A stretch of 64,000 nt of DNA from Geosiphon pyriformis uo1 (Eukaryota > Fungi > Glomeromycota). Positions 1 to 13,296 of the stretch are shown here, piece by piece. Under the pieces are notes generated by a model. The model did no database searches and was not told the origin of the DNA. It saw only the letters and a program-made list of their open reading frames with translations. The stretch lies in assembly GCA_016748015.1 (NCBI GenBank), contig JAAOMT010000213.1:278485-342484 (forward strand). Reading direction: 5' to 3'. Each line of letters begins with the position of its first letter. Positions within the stretch are counted from its first letter, which is position 1. The position numbers and the translations under genes are program-made.

Positions 1-310
1 CTTGTAGTAAAATGGGTCTCTGTTGGGTTAAAATATGGTGAGTAAAAGAAACCCAAATTTCAAATTCTTCTGCAAAGCTTTTTTTTACCATTATTGAAGT
101 TAAATTCTCTTATTCCAAAGGTCAAATCATATTTTTTCTGTTAAATATACATTTTGTTGTTACACAATTCGCGTATTCCAATGATAATCTATTCACCTGA
201 TTTTAGAATTTTGAAAGTATCGAATGCATTTTTGCCTTTGTCCTTTCTTTTTTCTTTTTAACCGTTTTACAAAAAAACCCTCTTAAAGTTTTTGGCTTTT
301 TGTCGTAAAA

Positions 311-762
311 ATGTCACAGCCAGGTCCACCGCAATCAACTTCAACCCAACAACACCATCAGCAAGAAAGATCACCCACAGATTTTTTAAATAATGTAATT
401 GGGCGACCAGTTGTAGTAAAACTAAACTCTGGCGTTGACTATCGAGGTAAACATTCTAATTTTTTTGATCGATTTTCATTCACGTTGAGCATTACTTATT
501 CGTGTATATCGTTCTTTCTTGCCTAGGCATCCTTTCATGCCTTGATGGCTATATGAACATTGCCCTAGAACAGACTGAAGAGTGGGTGAATGGTCAACTC
601 AAAAATAAGTATGGAGACGCGTTTATTCGTGGAAATAATGGTATTTTATTATTTATTTTCTATATTTATACAAGACTCTAGTATAAGAAGACGCTTTATT
701 TTTTTTTATATTTTTGTTCATTGACAGTATTATATATTAGCGCGGATAAGAGGCGAGATTAA
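311..762 (+). CDS. LSM6: U6 snRNA-associated Sm-like protein LSm6; 3 exons (311-446, 527-640, 728-762)
   Basis: The spliced translation reads SPTDFLNNVIGRPVVVKLNSGVDYRG|ILSCLDGYMNIALEQTEEWVNGQLKNKYGDAFIRGNNV|LYISADKRRD*. Both introns are GT-AG. Confidence 0.96.
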
Positions 763-2329
763 TAATGCATTTAGAACTGGAAATGAAAGAATAACTTCTA
801 AATATAATTTTTCACTCAAGAGGTTTATAGAAATCCCACAATATTTGTTTGTCGCATTTCGATAATCTCCACCACTTCGATCATAATTTATATCCTATAC
901 ACGTAATTGGCAAGAGACGTCTATTCAAAATTTTAATTATACCTATAGAAGATTAAAACACTTAGAGATAAGTCAAAGTAGTTTTGATGTAACCCCCAGT
1001 ATTGGAGAAAGTCCGGATAATTTGGATGGCAAAAACAGTTTTTAGAAAATAAATTCTCATGTGCTTCATAAGTGACAGGTTAATATTGGTAAACTGAGTT
1101 TATTTTTGCGTTTTTTTTTTTGATATCCGAGATTCTCAAAATGGGCAAGCAATTGTAACTGGGCATCACTAAACAACTACCCGCGAACTGAACGTTCTCA
1201 CGAAGAAGTTTCCAGGAGGCAGTCCCGGTCACAATTGTGTACCACTCATGAAGTTACCTCTCAAGCTTAGCCTTTCGTTTGTTCCACATCTGGCAGTTTA
1301 AATTGAAATCTTTTGGCAAGAGACAATATCAGATCTAAATCCTCACATCATCAAATATCAAAAGAATTTTATTGTATTTCTCTTTAAGTCTCATCCTTGC
1401 TGCATCGGCTGATACTTTCTAGAAAGCGTAAATACGAACATCCATCAAGCGCTAAGACTAGTTTATGGAAAGTATGTATACCCCTTAAAAAATGGCAAGC
1501 TCCAAACAGTCAACTCATTAATTTATGTTCACACAGAATTTCAGCTTGGACGATAAAGGGAGTGATTACGGCAAAGGGATATGTGAAAAAGATGAGGGTG
1601 AAAGTGAAGATAAATGTGCTTAAGCCATCAATCCTGCTAAGGTTTGTACCGGTGCCTTGAAACATCCTCAATGAATTCTTGAAGAGTCTCTTTGTCTTCA
1701 ATGTCTCACGTAATTATACTGCTGATCATTATTATTCTAATTATTCTTCATCACATCAGCTTTGTTTCAGCAGCTATTTCGGCGTTGAACGACCTTCCTT
1801 TTGTTTCCCGTTCCAGTTACTGCAGCTGAAATCATTAGGGCACACATCGGAAATCAATGTTTTCTTGAAGTGCTTGGTAGAGGGTTGCCCATATCTGCCT
1901 TTTTAGTCGTCAGGACGACATCGTGCGAAAGGGGAGTTAAAACAAATCATCCATACAACATATTGAAAGCTGTCATTCATCCGACCTACAAATTTCACTC
2001 CACCGTAGTATCCATAGGGCCAACAGAGAAGTCAAAAGTTTCACGAAAAATAAGTTTTAACTAATTCGTCTGTTGTGTTTCTGTACAGTACAAAAAGCAC
2101 TGTATAAAATTTTTATTCACCAAAAAATTTTTGGTTTCTCTTTTCACGAACTGGTTTTTTCTTTAGAAACCTTGATAATTTTTGTAAAAAAATTTGGTGC
2201 TAGCCAAAAAATTTTGATAATTTAAGAAATTTAGGCCCAATAAGTAATGCGTAAGCGAGATCACTGGACATTAACTGACTTGTTATTTCCCTTTCTCTCC
2301 TCACATTTCAATTTTCGTCTGCAAAGAAT

Positions 2330-3462
2330 ATGTCAACACCTCGATCTTTATCAAAGGTATCTAGACTCCTAATTGATTATATATCCATTGTTATTATTTT
2401 CTCTTTTTTTTGAGTAACTCTTATGATAAAAGCTTGACGAGAAACGCTTATACATCGGGAACTTGGACCCTGCTATCGATGAGTAAGCCTTACACCACTT
2501 ATTATAGTTTTCTGAGTTTTCACGCTGATTCTTTTTGAGACTAACCTTCTTAACTAAAACTTACAGATATACCGTAATAAAACTGTTCGAAGCTTACGGG
2601 AAAATAACCCATTTGGATTATCTATTTCATAAGAGTGGCCCTAGACGTGGACAACCTAGAGGTTATTGTTTTTTGGAATATAGTAGAAAGGAGGTAATCT
2701 TTTTTAGTCTTATTTTGAAATTCTTGAATCAATTTAATTGTCTTTTCGATTGGAATAGGATTGAAGTATTTGTGGGTGCTTCTCTTTTCAAAAAACCATT
2801 GCACGTAGGAAGCCTTGAAAGCCATGACTACTATGCACTCCAAGGTCATTAAACACCGCGCTATCATTGTTACTTACGCCTACGCCGTAAGTAGCGGATC
2901 ATTAAAGACTAATCTTTATCATTCTGAGGATTTATATACGTGAAGCTTAATATCAGATTCTTTTAATAAAGGCACCGGATAATTATGAAAACGGCAGCTC
3001 CAGTAATTTTAAGAAACGAGTGGGCTCTTTTATGAATAATAGGCCAACCACAATTTCTTTACTGAAGGCTCATAAGATGGTTAATGCGAGGTAAAAAATG
3101 AACATTGTTTACTAACCTTTAAGGATTAATGGATCATTTTCAAATATAGTTAATAAAGCTTGAGATTCATTTTCAATTTCTAAAAATGCGATAATAGTAC
3201 GGATTCTAAGATCCAAACCCTTGAACGGAAACTAGCTCAAATGCAGCAACAACAGCATCAAACGGTTGCTTCTGATTTGTCGCCAAAGAAAATGAGACAA
3301 TCACGAGATTCAGAGTCATTATTGACGAATTCCCAAACAATTCCGAAAAAAGAGAACTCTTTACCGTCCTTTCAATCAATAAATACAGCTAATCTTAAAC
3401 ATGCCAATATATCTACGCAACAGAGATTTAACCCTTACGAAATACCAAAGCACAAGAAATAA
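2330..3462 (+). CDS. RBM18: RRM RNA-binding protein, RBM18-like; 6 exons
   Basis: Exons give KRLYIGNLDPAIDE|YTVIKLFEAYGKITHLDYLFHKSGPRRGQPRGYCFLEY (RNP2/RNP1 with the RBM18-type FHKSGP..GQPRGYCF), then KIQTLERKLAQM and a C-terminal RFNPY. Introns are GT-AG. Confidence 0.85.
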
Positions 3463-4292
3463 AAAAGAGGTTGGGAAAAGAGGCTTGGTTTTTATTTTGT
3501 AAAATTGACTTGATTTTTTGTTATATAAGCTGATCATGTTCTATAGACTTCATGCCGGATATAGATTAAAATCCTGGACACGCACAAAAATGAAATTCCT
3601 TGCATAAATATGAATCATCCGGGACGATCACATCGCTAAAGCCTTAACCTTTATGTATATCGTTGGCAACCTTTATCAATCATTTGTGGATTTACCGAGC
3701 AGTCATATATGATGATAATCGAGAAAGGTACAAAATCAAATGGCAGGATTCTAAATCAATGATCCAATAGAGTCAAATTGGCATCTGATCTTGAGGCAGT
3801 ACGTATCGAGGCTTTTTTGGCAAATTGGAAAAAGATTCTACTTTACAAAATACTGAGGTTGGATATGTTCGAGATAAACTTGTAAGGCTAATTCTGTAGA
3901 TTTTTGAGGGAAAAGCCTGATGTGAGGGCTTTATCGGATCTCTTTTTCGATCAACAGAAATTGGACATATAGTCTATTGATTGCACTGGTTGATGACTTT
4001 TGCTCAAAGAAATAAATAATAATTCATGCACATTTTATTGTCTATTTTTAATTTTTGAACTTCAAAAATACTATATTAAATTGATTTTATAATTAATTTT
4101 TTAATATTAAATGAAACAGCAAATTTATTAAAATTGTGAAAACTATAAGTATTTATTTTAAAAACTTCTGAAATTCTAATAAAAATGTATAATTTTATTA
4201 CAGAATAACCTATAAAAACTTGGTTTAAGCTTTTGATGTATAGGGAATTTATAAATCAACTTATGGGTTTATCCATTGGAATTGGAATTTTT

Positions 4293-7200
4293 TCATAAAG
4301 CATCAAAATTAATAACGTGCAATGCTTTTCTCTTTTCCATTGCATCTTCTCGCTTATAAAGTATAAGTAATTTCAAATTAGTGAAAAATCGAAAAGTTTA
4401 AAAAGATTTTCATAAAATCACCTTTTCTGCCCAACTTAAGCCAAACACAACGATTGCCAAAATACCAGTTGCGGTCATTAACGTAATTAACACCCATGGA
4501 ACCCAAACTCCAGGATGTATATATAATTCCAGTGACCATCTAAAATAAAGGAAAGTCATGTGTCAAAATGTAAGAAAATTATTCAACCAATTGAAGCATT
4601 AAATGAAAGATAACTTACGTGCTTGGATCATCTACTCCGGGTGGCTGATAAGGAATTATTATGAGTTGAGAGTTAGGTATGACCCCAGAAAAGGTACTGT
4701 AATGTTGACTCTAAACAATATAAAATTATGAATTCTTAGCAAAATGGAACCTAATATATCTTAAGGAATCTGTTAATTTTACCTGATTTCTCGTTGTTCC
4801 AACAAATAATTCTTCCACATAATTATTTGTACGTCCGAGTCCAAAAAGGCAATAAGGAGCTTGTAGCGATATATAACCAGTTTGGGAGTATTGGGCCACT
4901 TGAACAAAAGGGTATCATCATCATCATCATCATCATCAAAACATATTATTATTTAGGTGAAGCACTACTTACCTTGATTTGCCCGCTTCTTACCCGACGT
5001 GTCAAGAATAGTGAATTTGAAAGTAGCCCCAGGATAATTAACTCCGAAAGGTTTCTATAAATCCATTTAAATGAATATCACGAGAATGGAACAATTTAAT
5101 GAAGAAATCTTGTCATAAAGATACCTGTTTTTCCTCTACACCATTCAAAACTTTGGGCGAAATTGGTTTGAGAAGTCTCAATATAAAATAAATAAAACAC
5201 AATGAAAATCATCAGAAAAACGAACCTAAGGTTTTGACAAAAAATGCGTCATTGAAATAATTATTATGTATCATTTCAACATTTCGGGTGGTGGATTTGG
5301 AGCCTGAAGATTTTAAAACCATTATATCTAATGTTCCCTAAGAATATAAAGAAATTTCTAAGTGAAGATTAAATTTAGCCAGAACCTAGATTTTTGCACG
5401 ACATACATCTTCATCTAGGTCCAAAAATGTCGCAGCTGTTGCTTCGGTCAGGGAATTCAATGCCTCGGCACCGCTTACAACTTTGACGAATGTCCGTCTT
5501 TGGGCATTAACAGCGGCCGGCCAACATTTCCCAGAAGTGCACAATACAGACTGCCATAGAGAAACAGATCCAGTCTCACTTATTACTAAGATATCAGGAT
5601 ATCCATCAAGATTATAATCACCTGTTCAAATTGAAGGATGACTGGTTAAAAGTACACCAAAGAATGTTTATTAAAAGGCTTTCAAGTAAGTTTACCTATT
5701 CGAATCGGTACAGGCAAAAATCCCTTAAAAGCTTTATCGAGGATCATTAAATTTCCGATATTTTGTAAAATGACATATGCCTAAAAGAAAATCTAATTCA
5801 TATAAATAGTTCAGATGAATTAAATCAGAGAAAGCAAAAACGAACATTATTCAATCGGTCTTGCGAGAAGTCGAACTTGAAGTTATCGTCGGCAGTACAT
5901 AAGTTAGTGGCCTGTCGGCAATTAGTGGATTTATTATCGCTGCAGAGAGGAATCTGTTTATTGTAAGCGATATGGATTTCACATTTTTTATTTTTCTCTT
6001 CGCACACAGGAAACACCATATCAATTGTTCCATCACCATCTATACAATTAAATCAATAGAATTTTTGAAATTAATATAAGGAGAAATTATTGTTATAACC
6101 GATTTAACTTCAAGAAAATCATTGAGAAGCTGGTCAACATCTCCCAATGTTGCTTTAACCACGGACTTAATATTTATCATGAAAAATGATCACGTTACAA
6201 GAGAACAGGTCACTAACCCATGTCGGCAAAAGATACTTGTCCAACGCCTTTTGGTAACTCATAGCTACGGCTATAGTCAAATCCATTCAACTTCGAATTC
6301 GTCCAGATCTGGGAAGTGATAGGACCATTCGGATCTTTTTGACACGTGAAAAATAAATCTGAAAGCCCAAATGTTAGAATTTGATCCAAATTATTTTCCC
6401 TTGGCAGAGGTCTGTGACCAGATTAATCAAGAAAACAAATAAATTTAAATTATGAAATATGTAAAATAGGGTAGGTTATATATTTTGATAGACTTCCTCC
6501 TTGAACAAATAAATATTTTTGTAAAACGCTGCCAAAACTCTTGAAACACGCGAGTACATTGAACCTTTCCTCCCTCATGATTATATTAGAAATAAAATTT
6601 ACCTGATAAGCAATCTCCATTAAGATCGACAAACGCGTTCGAGTGTGGTTCTGACCATTTGCATGTCTTTTCAGTTGTTTCATTGAAAGGAAATGACAAT
6701 CTACAATTGGTGATAAATAAATTTATTAAAATCGGGGATTTTTCGTGTGAACCGTGTCAAACCCAAAAAGCTTACACCTCAAATAAATTTCCTGTTTTTC
6801 TTTCAGGGCCATATAGATTTTTCCAAATTGACAATTTCATGTCAGAATTATTATGGTACACGTAGCCAAGCAAATCGGTGGTCATATTTCCAGCATAATC
6901 AAATGGAATCGGTTGTGGGGACATAGCCGACGGTACTTCCAAATATACTTGGTCTAAATAATCAACCAACAACTAGATAATGTTGAAAAATTACGAGAAA
7001 TATTTGTGAAAATGATTCTCCTTTTGAGAATTATTAAATACCAAAGGTGTCTTTCCCGTTTCCAATGTAAACTCGCATGAATAGCTCGCCTTTGGGCGGA
7101 TCTTTTTGCCCCATTACTAACAAATCTAGTTTCCCATCATAATTAAAGTCACCAGGTAAAATATTTGTTATAATAAAATTGCTTTCTTTCGAGATTGTTA

Positions 7201-7648
7201 TATTGGCCTTAGATTTCTCGAATTTCCAATTTACTATTTAAAAAAGGCAATATCATTTAAGATTTTGTAAAATTTTTTAGGAAAAATGATTTATTTCAAA
7301 GACATTAAAATAGGATGCACTACGGTGAACCCAGGTGTGGACAGTGACTGTAGTTTGATCTTCACTTAAAACAAATAAATCTGTACTAGATCGCGAGAAG
7401 AGAGACTCCAGAAGATCAATCTTTTAATATAGTCAATTAAAACAGATATATTAGCTCAAAAGACTGAGGGCGGACAATTTATCTGAATTAAAGTCCCCAA
7501 AGGCAACGACGGTTCCTTCAATGTTGGTCAAGCCAACATCAACATTATAAAGGGCACTGGTTTTAAACCTGCCACGTCTAAGAAAGGCATGCGTTTCTGT
7601 AACAAGTTGAGCACATAGTGCAAATAAGAAAGCCTTTGAAAAAAACAT
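4293..7648 (-). CDS. ITFG1: T-cell immunomodulatory protein / LINKIN (FG-GAP repeat membrane protein), many short exons
   Basis: Signal peptide MFFSKAFLFALCAQL followed by AFGDFNSDK. Further FG-GAP repeats include PGDFNYDGKLDLL, GDYNLDGYPDIL and FLDLDEDG. Also GLGRTNNYVE, VIPNSQLIIIP, a TM helix and the C-terminus EDAMEKRKALHVINFDAL*. Confidence 0.92.
4913..4937. repeat. (ATC)n microsatellite in an ITFG1 intron
   Basis: An atcatcatc... run between a minus-strand GTAAGT donor and AG acceptor. Confidence 0.8.
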
Positions 7649-7749
7649 GGAATTTTAAAAGGTGAGAAACTTGAAGAGAAAGCAAATACAGTTGACTGCC
7701 CACACCGATGAAAAGATTTACTTAATATAAAAAATACATCGCTGCCGAT

Positions 7750-9150
7750 TGCTCTTTTAGAATATATAAAGTTATTTCTATTTATTAATAATAGTTTATA
7801 TTAAATTAATTAAATTCAAACTGTTCATACTTTTATTTCTATATAATAATTTGACTAATTATTTGTTTTAATTAAATTATATAAAGTACATTTTTAAAGG
7901 AATCCAATAATAAAAAAACTTTTTCTTTTGTATTTTTATGACCACAACCAGAACAAAAGAATAAAAAAGTTGCAATATTTTTATTTTTTGAAGCAACTGG
8001 TAGTATTTTTAATAATGAAACACTTATAGCTATAAAAACTGCTTAATAGTATTTTATAGAAGTAATCTTTAAAAAACAAAATTTTTAATTGTTATAATTA
8101 ATATGTATATTATAATATTTATTAAAGATTATTTGGCTTTAAATTAAGAAATTTAATAATATTAATATTAAACTTTTTAATAAAAATATATAGATAGTTA
8201 TAAAAAATAATTAAAAGATTAATTTTTATAAAAATTTTGTTTTTAAAAAATAATATAAAAAAGTTTTAAAAATATTAAAAATATATATATGTTAAGATTA
8301 TTAAATTTGTTTAAGACATAATTATTACTTATAAAAAGCATTAATTATTATCATATATTATGTACAAATTTGATTTAAAAAAACATAATTTATTATATAT
8401 TAATAAAAAGTTTTTTATAAAGCAGTAGATTTTTTAAAAATATTGTTTATTTGTTAAGTATTTATATTAATATTATATCTGTTTTTGGTTTTAACAAAAA
8501 GTAGTTGTTTTTTTTAAGCATTAATAATAATGTATTTATTATTATCAATATATATAATATAGTCTTAATTAACTAAATAGTTAATTACAGATAAAAAATA
8601 TATAAGTTATATTTACATTAAAGCATTTATAATAAATAATAATTAGATCTTACTTGTAAAATTTTAATAAAATAAAAATCACAAAATAATTTTAATTTAA
8701 ATACTATTTATAGAATTTTAATATTTATTTATTAGTAATTTTAATAAATATTAGTTTAATTAAAATAAAAAATAATTTTTTCTTATATAAAATTGAATAT
8801 AGATTATATATTTAATTTTTTATTATGCCTTAAGTAATTTATAGTGTTTTATAAATTAAAAAACACTTCGTTGTGGACAACCATAATATTCGTTAATATG
8901 TTCCTATATATAGTTGAATACGTATTTAATATCACGTGTTGCGGGTGGGTCGATTTAGCAATTCCCTAATTAAATTTTCTATTTAATATTTAAAAAACAA
9001 AGTTTAATAATTTTATTAATATTTATAAAATCATTTAAATTTTAATGATACTAAATTAATTAGATGTTTAATTACTAAAAAAATTCTGTTTGCAAAAAAA
9101 GTCATAAAGTTAAAAAAACTTATTAAGTATTAAAACCAAAAAAAAACTAA
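7750..9150. other. Extremely AT-rich low-complexity intergenic tract
   Basis: Almost only A/T runs with no ORFs; lies between the divergent ITFG1 and DHHC genes. Confidence 0.85.
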
Positions 9151-9156
9151 AAAGTT

Positions 9157-9755
9157 CTTTCTCTCGTTGATCCCCTGACCACGATAAGAGCCAAGAGAAG
9201 CTACAGAAATATTTTACTTCCTTTTCCATTACCCAGTTCTTTTGTAAACTATTTCTATCAATACTCCTTTATTTGTGGCTATAGATCTGGTGGGCTCTTC
9301 TACTGGTGGTTCGAACACGGGAAAAGCTGGAGTGGGGACTCGCTCAAGTGCCAGAAAAAATAGGTTTTCGTCTACTTACATCTATGGAAGTGCTGATAAA
9401 AAGGCAAAGAAGCTCGCTCTTGAAGCTGGTGTGGTTGACTCGTCTGCTGGCCCTTTGGCCATGGACGTGTTGGATTCTGGAGTTCTCGGGGTGCCCAAAT
9501 CTTGGGAGAGCAAAGTGAATAGTGAAGCTAGTAGTGTTGGTGTTGCATCGAATATTGATAACTTGGACAATTCTATTGTGGAAGAGACTCGCTATGTTGA
9601 TCTGGATGAGTTGAATGATGCTAAAGCCATGGATGAGACGACTCCCTGACGTACTCGCACAATTTGACAAAGCCGCCGCCGCCGTTTTCAGTTGATAACA
9701 TGAGTGATGATGATGCTTTGGAGCTACCTCTGCCTAAGAGTATTTTACTCGTTAC

Positions 9756-9787
<32 letters not shown>
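9157..9787 (+). mobile_element. LINE-D: short LINE derivative (5' UTR plus ORF1 N-terminus, then ACTCGTTA and an (AAT)n tail)
   Basis: The 5' motif ctttctctcgttgatcccctgacc matches the 5' ends of LINE-A and LINE-C. ORF 9275-9649 and the following MSDDDALELPLPK are homologous to LINE-A ORF1 (MSDNDDVLELPPLK). Confidence 0.85.
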
Positions 9788-9789
<2 letters not shown>

Positions 9790-10333
9790 TTATTATTAAA
9801 AGTTTTTTTTTTAAGATGTGAAACAGTTTTTTTATTAATCTGCGTATATAAAAATTTAAATAATATATAAGGTAAAAGGCGAATTACGGTATTGTGTCAA
9901 AGTTAGCAATATAAATTCGCGTGAAATTATGCCATTTTCTCACTTTTATAACTGGTATTTTTTACTCTTTGAACAAATTATTAACTTCACCACAATACAT
10001 TAATTCGCCAAAATACCCCTTTTACCTTATACAATTTTATTAAAATTAAATTTTAAATAAATATTATCCAAATCAACGACAATATGAATAGACAAATCAG
10101 TGAAACGGGAACTTATCTAGATATACAGGGATTTGATTGGTCCTGAAGATATTACCTATTTAACGAATATGGAAAATACCCACTTGTCCCATAACACCAA
10201 AACTCGTAATTTTTCTGTTCTCTCATGATTTGGACATTTGGATCAAAGAACAGACTTTGCCGTGTTAATTTCTCTACTTTTTTAATCCTTAAAGAACTGT
10301 GTTTCAAAGCTTTTCGCCGAGGTTTTGTTCGGA

Positions 10334-12178
10334 ATGGCTGCAACTCGGCCAATCACTAGTTTTTTCCCAAACATATCAACTTCTTGGCCTAAATATTCAA
10401 AACTTGCTTCTTCCTCAACCTTTTTAAACAATTCCCCTACGCTTCATGACTTTAAAACTTCCAAAACTTTGTATAAGTGGCTTTTAATTTCTATTGATTC
10501 TCTTCACGAAAACACGACTAATGCTTGGTATCGCACACATGGTTTCCAGCCCCCAATTGATTTTTGGCTTTTATTTCAGTGGATAGCATATTTTATTTTA
10601 ATTTTTGGCTATTTTTTATTTTCTTCTCACTTTATACAAAATGGACTGTATGTAATGTCAAATAATGGAGAATATATAATTGATCGAAGGCGAATATGGA
10701 ATTCTGTGCTATTGATTGTTGCAATTGTGACATGTATATCAAGCCTTATATGTTCCTTAACTGAAACGAGAGATAGAAAAGTTCAAGAGCAAGATGTAAA
10801 AAGAGATATGTTATATAAGAGAACTAGAGGTGTTCAGGTAGTAGTCGATGGATGGTGTAATATCTGTCGAGTTGAAGTGTGGGTATATATTACTATTGTG
10901 TTGTTTTTCATTAATGAGTCGATAACAAATTTATTAACTTACACAGATGATTTCCTAGAGATCAAATGACTAGACATTGTAAATTTTGTAATAAGGTATT
11001 TCTTTCATATTTTATTTATTTTTCATGCAAAAAATAAATAAATAAGATATCCTAATCTTTCCAATCCAGTGTATCTACAAGTTTGATCATCATTGTCGTT
11101 GGTTGAATTGCTGCATAGCGAAGTCAAATTATAGGTAAAAAATTAATAATTATTTTTTTACAAAAATTACCTATATTTTATAATTTAGCTAAAAACGCTA
11201 TTGAATTTTAGAGCTTTCATAACATTCATGATTTTTGGTTTAACTGGTACCCTTTTGATTTTGTGGCGGAGTGGGTGTGCGATGGCAGTATATTTTTCTG
11301 ATAGAGGACAAGAAGATTATATGACAAAATGTGGGTTGAAAATTTTTATTGTCACATTAAAATTTATAATCAAAATGCCTGACCCTATTTCTTATTTTTT
11401 TCTCCAGTATATGAAATATTTCCTCCCACTACTTCATACGTCCTAGCTATTGGGCTCTTCATTAACGTGATACTTTTAATTTTGAGTTTTGGAGCATCTT
11501 TATTCTTCCTAAATTTAGGATTCTTTCATTTTAAGCTTTGTAAGTACTAGAAAATTCTTTTTTTGTCTTTTCGAGAAAACATATGTTAAAAAGTTGATTT
11601 TTTTAACAACAGATTTAAACGATATGTCAACAATAGAATACCTTAGCCACCAGCAGCAACGAAAATATTATGATTATCATTATGAAGATGAAGATGACGA
11701 GAATCCATGGCGTAGGCCGTATTACACTAACCCATGGAGACGAAGATTGATGAGGGTTTTAAGAATGTTTGTACTAGTAAGTGATATTTAGAAAGGGTTT
11801 AGCAGCAATCTTCTATCAATCCTCAATTAGTTGACGATTATTTTTAAAGTTAGGACGTTGTATAAATGGTACCAGGACTCGACATAAGGCGTCAGGATTT
11901 GGACCCAATGATCATTCAGTTTGACCTTTTCTCCAAGTTCAACATTTTGCTAATAAAATACCAATTTTAATTATTTTTTTCGCTGGTTCGAGAAATCCTT
12001 CACCTATCATTATTATTATTATTATTATTATTATTTGTAGATTTTTATTATAAAATAACTCATGCTTCCTACAATTTGTTATTTTAACCTTTTAGGCCCA
12101 CTGGGATCCCCGATAATTGGGAAATCGATCGCAAATGAAACAGAATTTAAAATTTTAAAAGTTCAACCATTAAAATGA
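10334..12178 (+). CDS. DHHC-type protein S-acyltransferase (palmitoyltransferase), ZDHHC1/11-like; 3' exons approximate
   Basis: RTHGFQPP before TM1. The spliced cysteine-rich domain reads WCNICRVEV|DQMTRHCKFCNK|CIYKFDHHCRWLNCCIAKSNYR|AFITF, followed later by FFHFKL..MSTIEYL. Confidence 0.88.
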
Positions 12179-12410
12179 GAATCGAATTATAAATGGAGAA
12201 ACAAAACCTTATGATAGGAATTATTAAGTAAATATTGAAATATAAATCGTGAAACCGTATCAAGACCCTTAATTTCACCTGTTTTCGCTTTATTTTAAGT
12301 TCATTTCAAGCATCATTTTTATTCTCCTTGTTATAAAAAAGAAATATATAAATCCTCGAAGGTGCAAGAAAGTTTCCTCCTAATGTTAGTAATGTATAGA
12401 TAAAAGTAAA

Positions 12411-13200
12411 TCAAGGCTCATCCTTGATTATGGTACCACGTTCACTCACATAGATACCGTCTAAAAATTTACGGATATCTTTGTTCTTGACAGTTGTAGA
12501 TTGCTGAATGTCGGCAGCTAGGAGAAAGATAATTCAAAATCATAAATTAATTTAAAGACTCGTAAAACTTTTTAAAAGCTCCTATTTCTTACCGGACTGA
12601 GATACATTCTCAAGGTTGTTACCCGTTAGGATTAATTCATCTTTTTGTGTGGTTGAAATCTCGATATTTACGCCCTCCAACATTTTCACTTTTCGGATCA
12701 CTCTCTCACCCAAGAAGTTACGAATCTCGACTTCATCTCCATCATCGTTGATGTGAACATTAATTGGAAAATGGGCGAATACGTATCGCATGCGATATAA
12801 GAAGCCCTAAATATAAAACATTGTCAAGATCGTGGTTAAAACACCAGAGAGCATGAATTAAAATGTTGTTTCAATCTTTCCATCATCATGATCAAACCCA
12901 CTCCTTTGTGAAAAATTTTTTTTAAACCCACATTTTTTCAATATATACCTTGGTAACACCAATAATCATATTGTTGATTTGATTTTTCACTGTATTTAAG
13001 CAAGCGACGTGTTTTCGTCCGCCGTGCCACACAATGAGCTTTATCAAGTTTGACTTGACTTTTTTAATCTCGAGGTCAACATGGCGGAGATTTTTTGTCA
13101 GAGTGCCACGCGGTCCGGTCACTCTTACTATTCGAGCCTTGATATTGACGGAGACATTGTCCGGTACGGTTAGGGAAACATCCTTGTAAATATCCTTCAT
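12411..13200 (-). CDS. RPL9: 60S ribosomal protein uL6 (L9); exons 13200-12949, 12806-12593, 12517-12411
   Basis: [42 protein letters not shown] and [19 protein letters not shown]. Confidence 0.97.
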
Positions 13201-13290
13201 TTTAAAAAGATAGGCTTAACAAAAGGATGGATGCTACTACTACGAAAGATCTTTCAACTTGCATTTTTGTTGGAAATAAGAAAATTCTTG

Positions 13291-13296
13291 CACGTG
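13291..13296. promoter_or_regulatory. CACGTG E-box about 90 bp upstream of the RPL9 ATG (CCAAT nearby)
   Basis: The same hexamer occurs at a similar distance upstream of EARS2 (38412) and CARNMT1 (45535). Confidence 0.45.

Noticed and set aside
1004-1016. GAGAAAGTCCGG resembling RNase P/MRP CR-I
   Set aside because: No matching CR-V or P4 partner could be identified.
1760-1920. Antizyme-like TCC TGA and possible Sec (UGA) read-through on the minus strand
   Set aside because: The upstream ORF is only 3 codons, there is no antizyme or selenoprotein similarity, and no SECIS was seen.
3530-3790. U3-like GATCATGTTCTATAG (about 3532) and a C/D-box-like ATGATGA...CTGA (3709-3788) with a 10-nt 18S complement
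   Set aside because: Other U3 boxes were not found, and the complement is not adjacent to the D box; compatible with chance.
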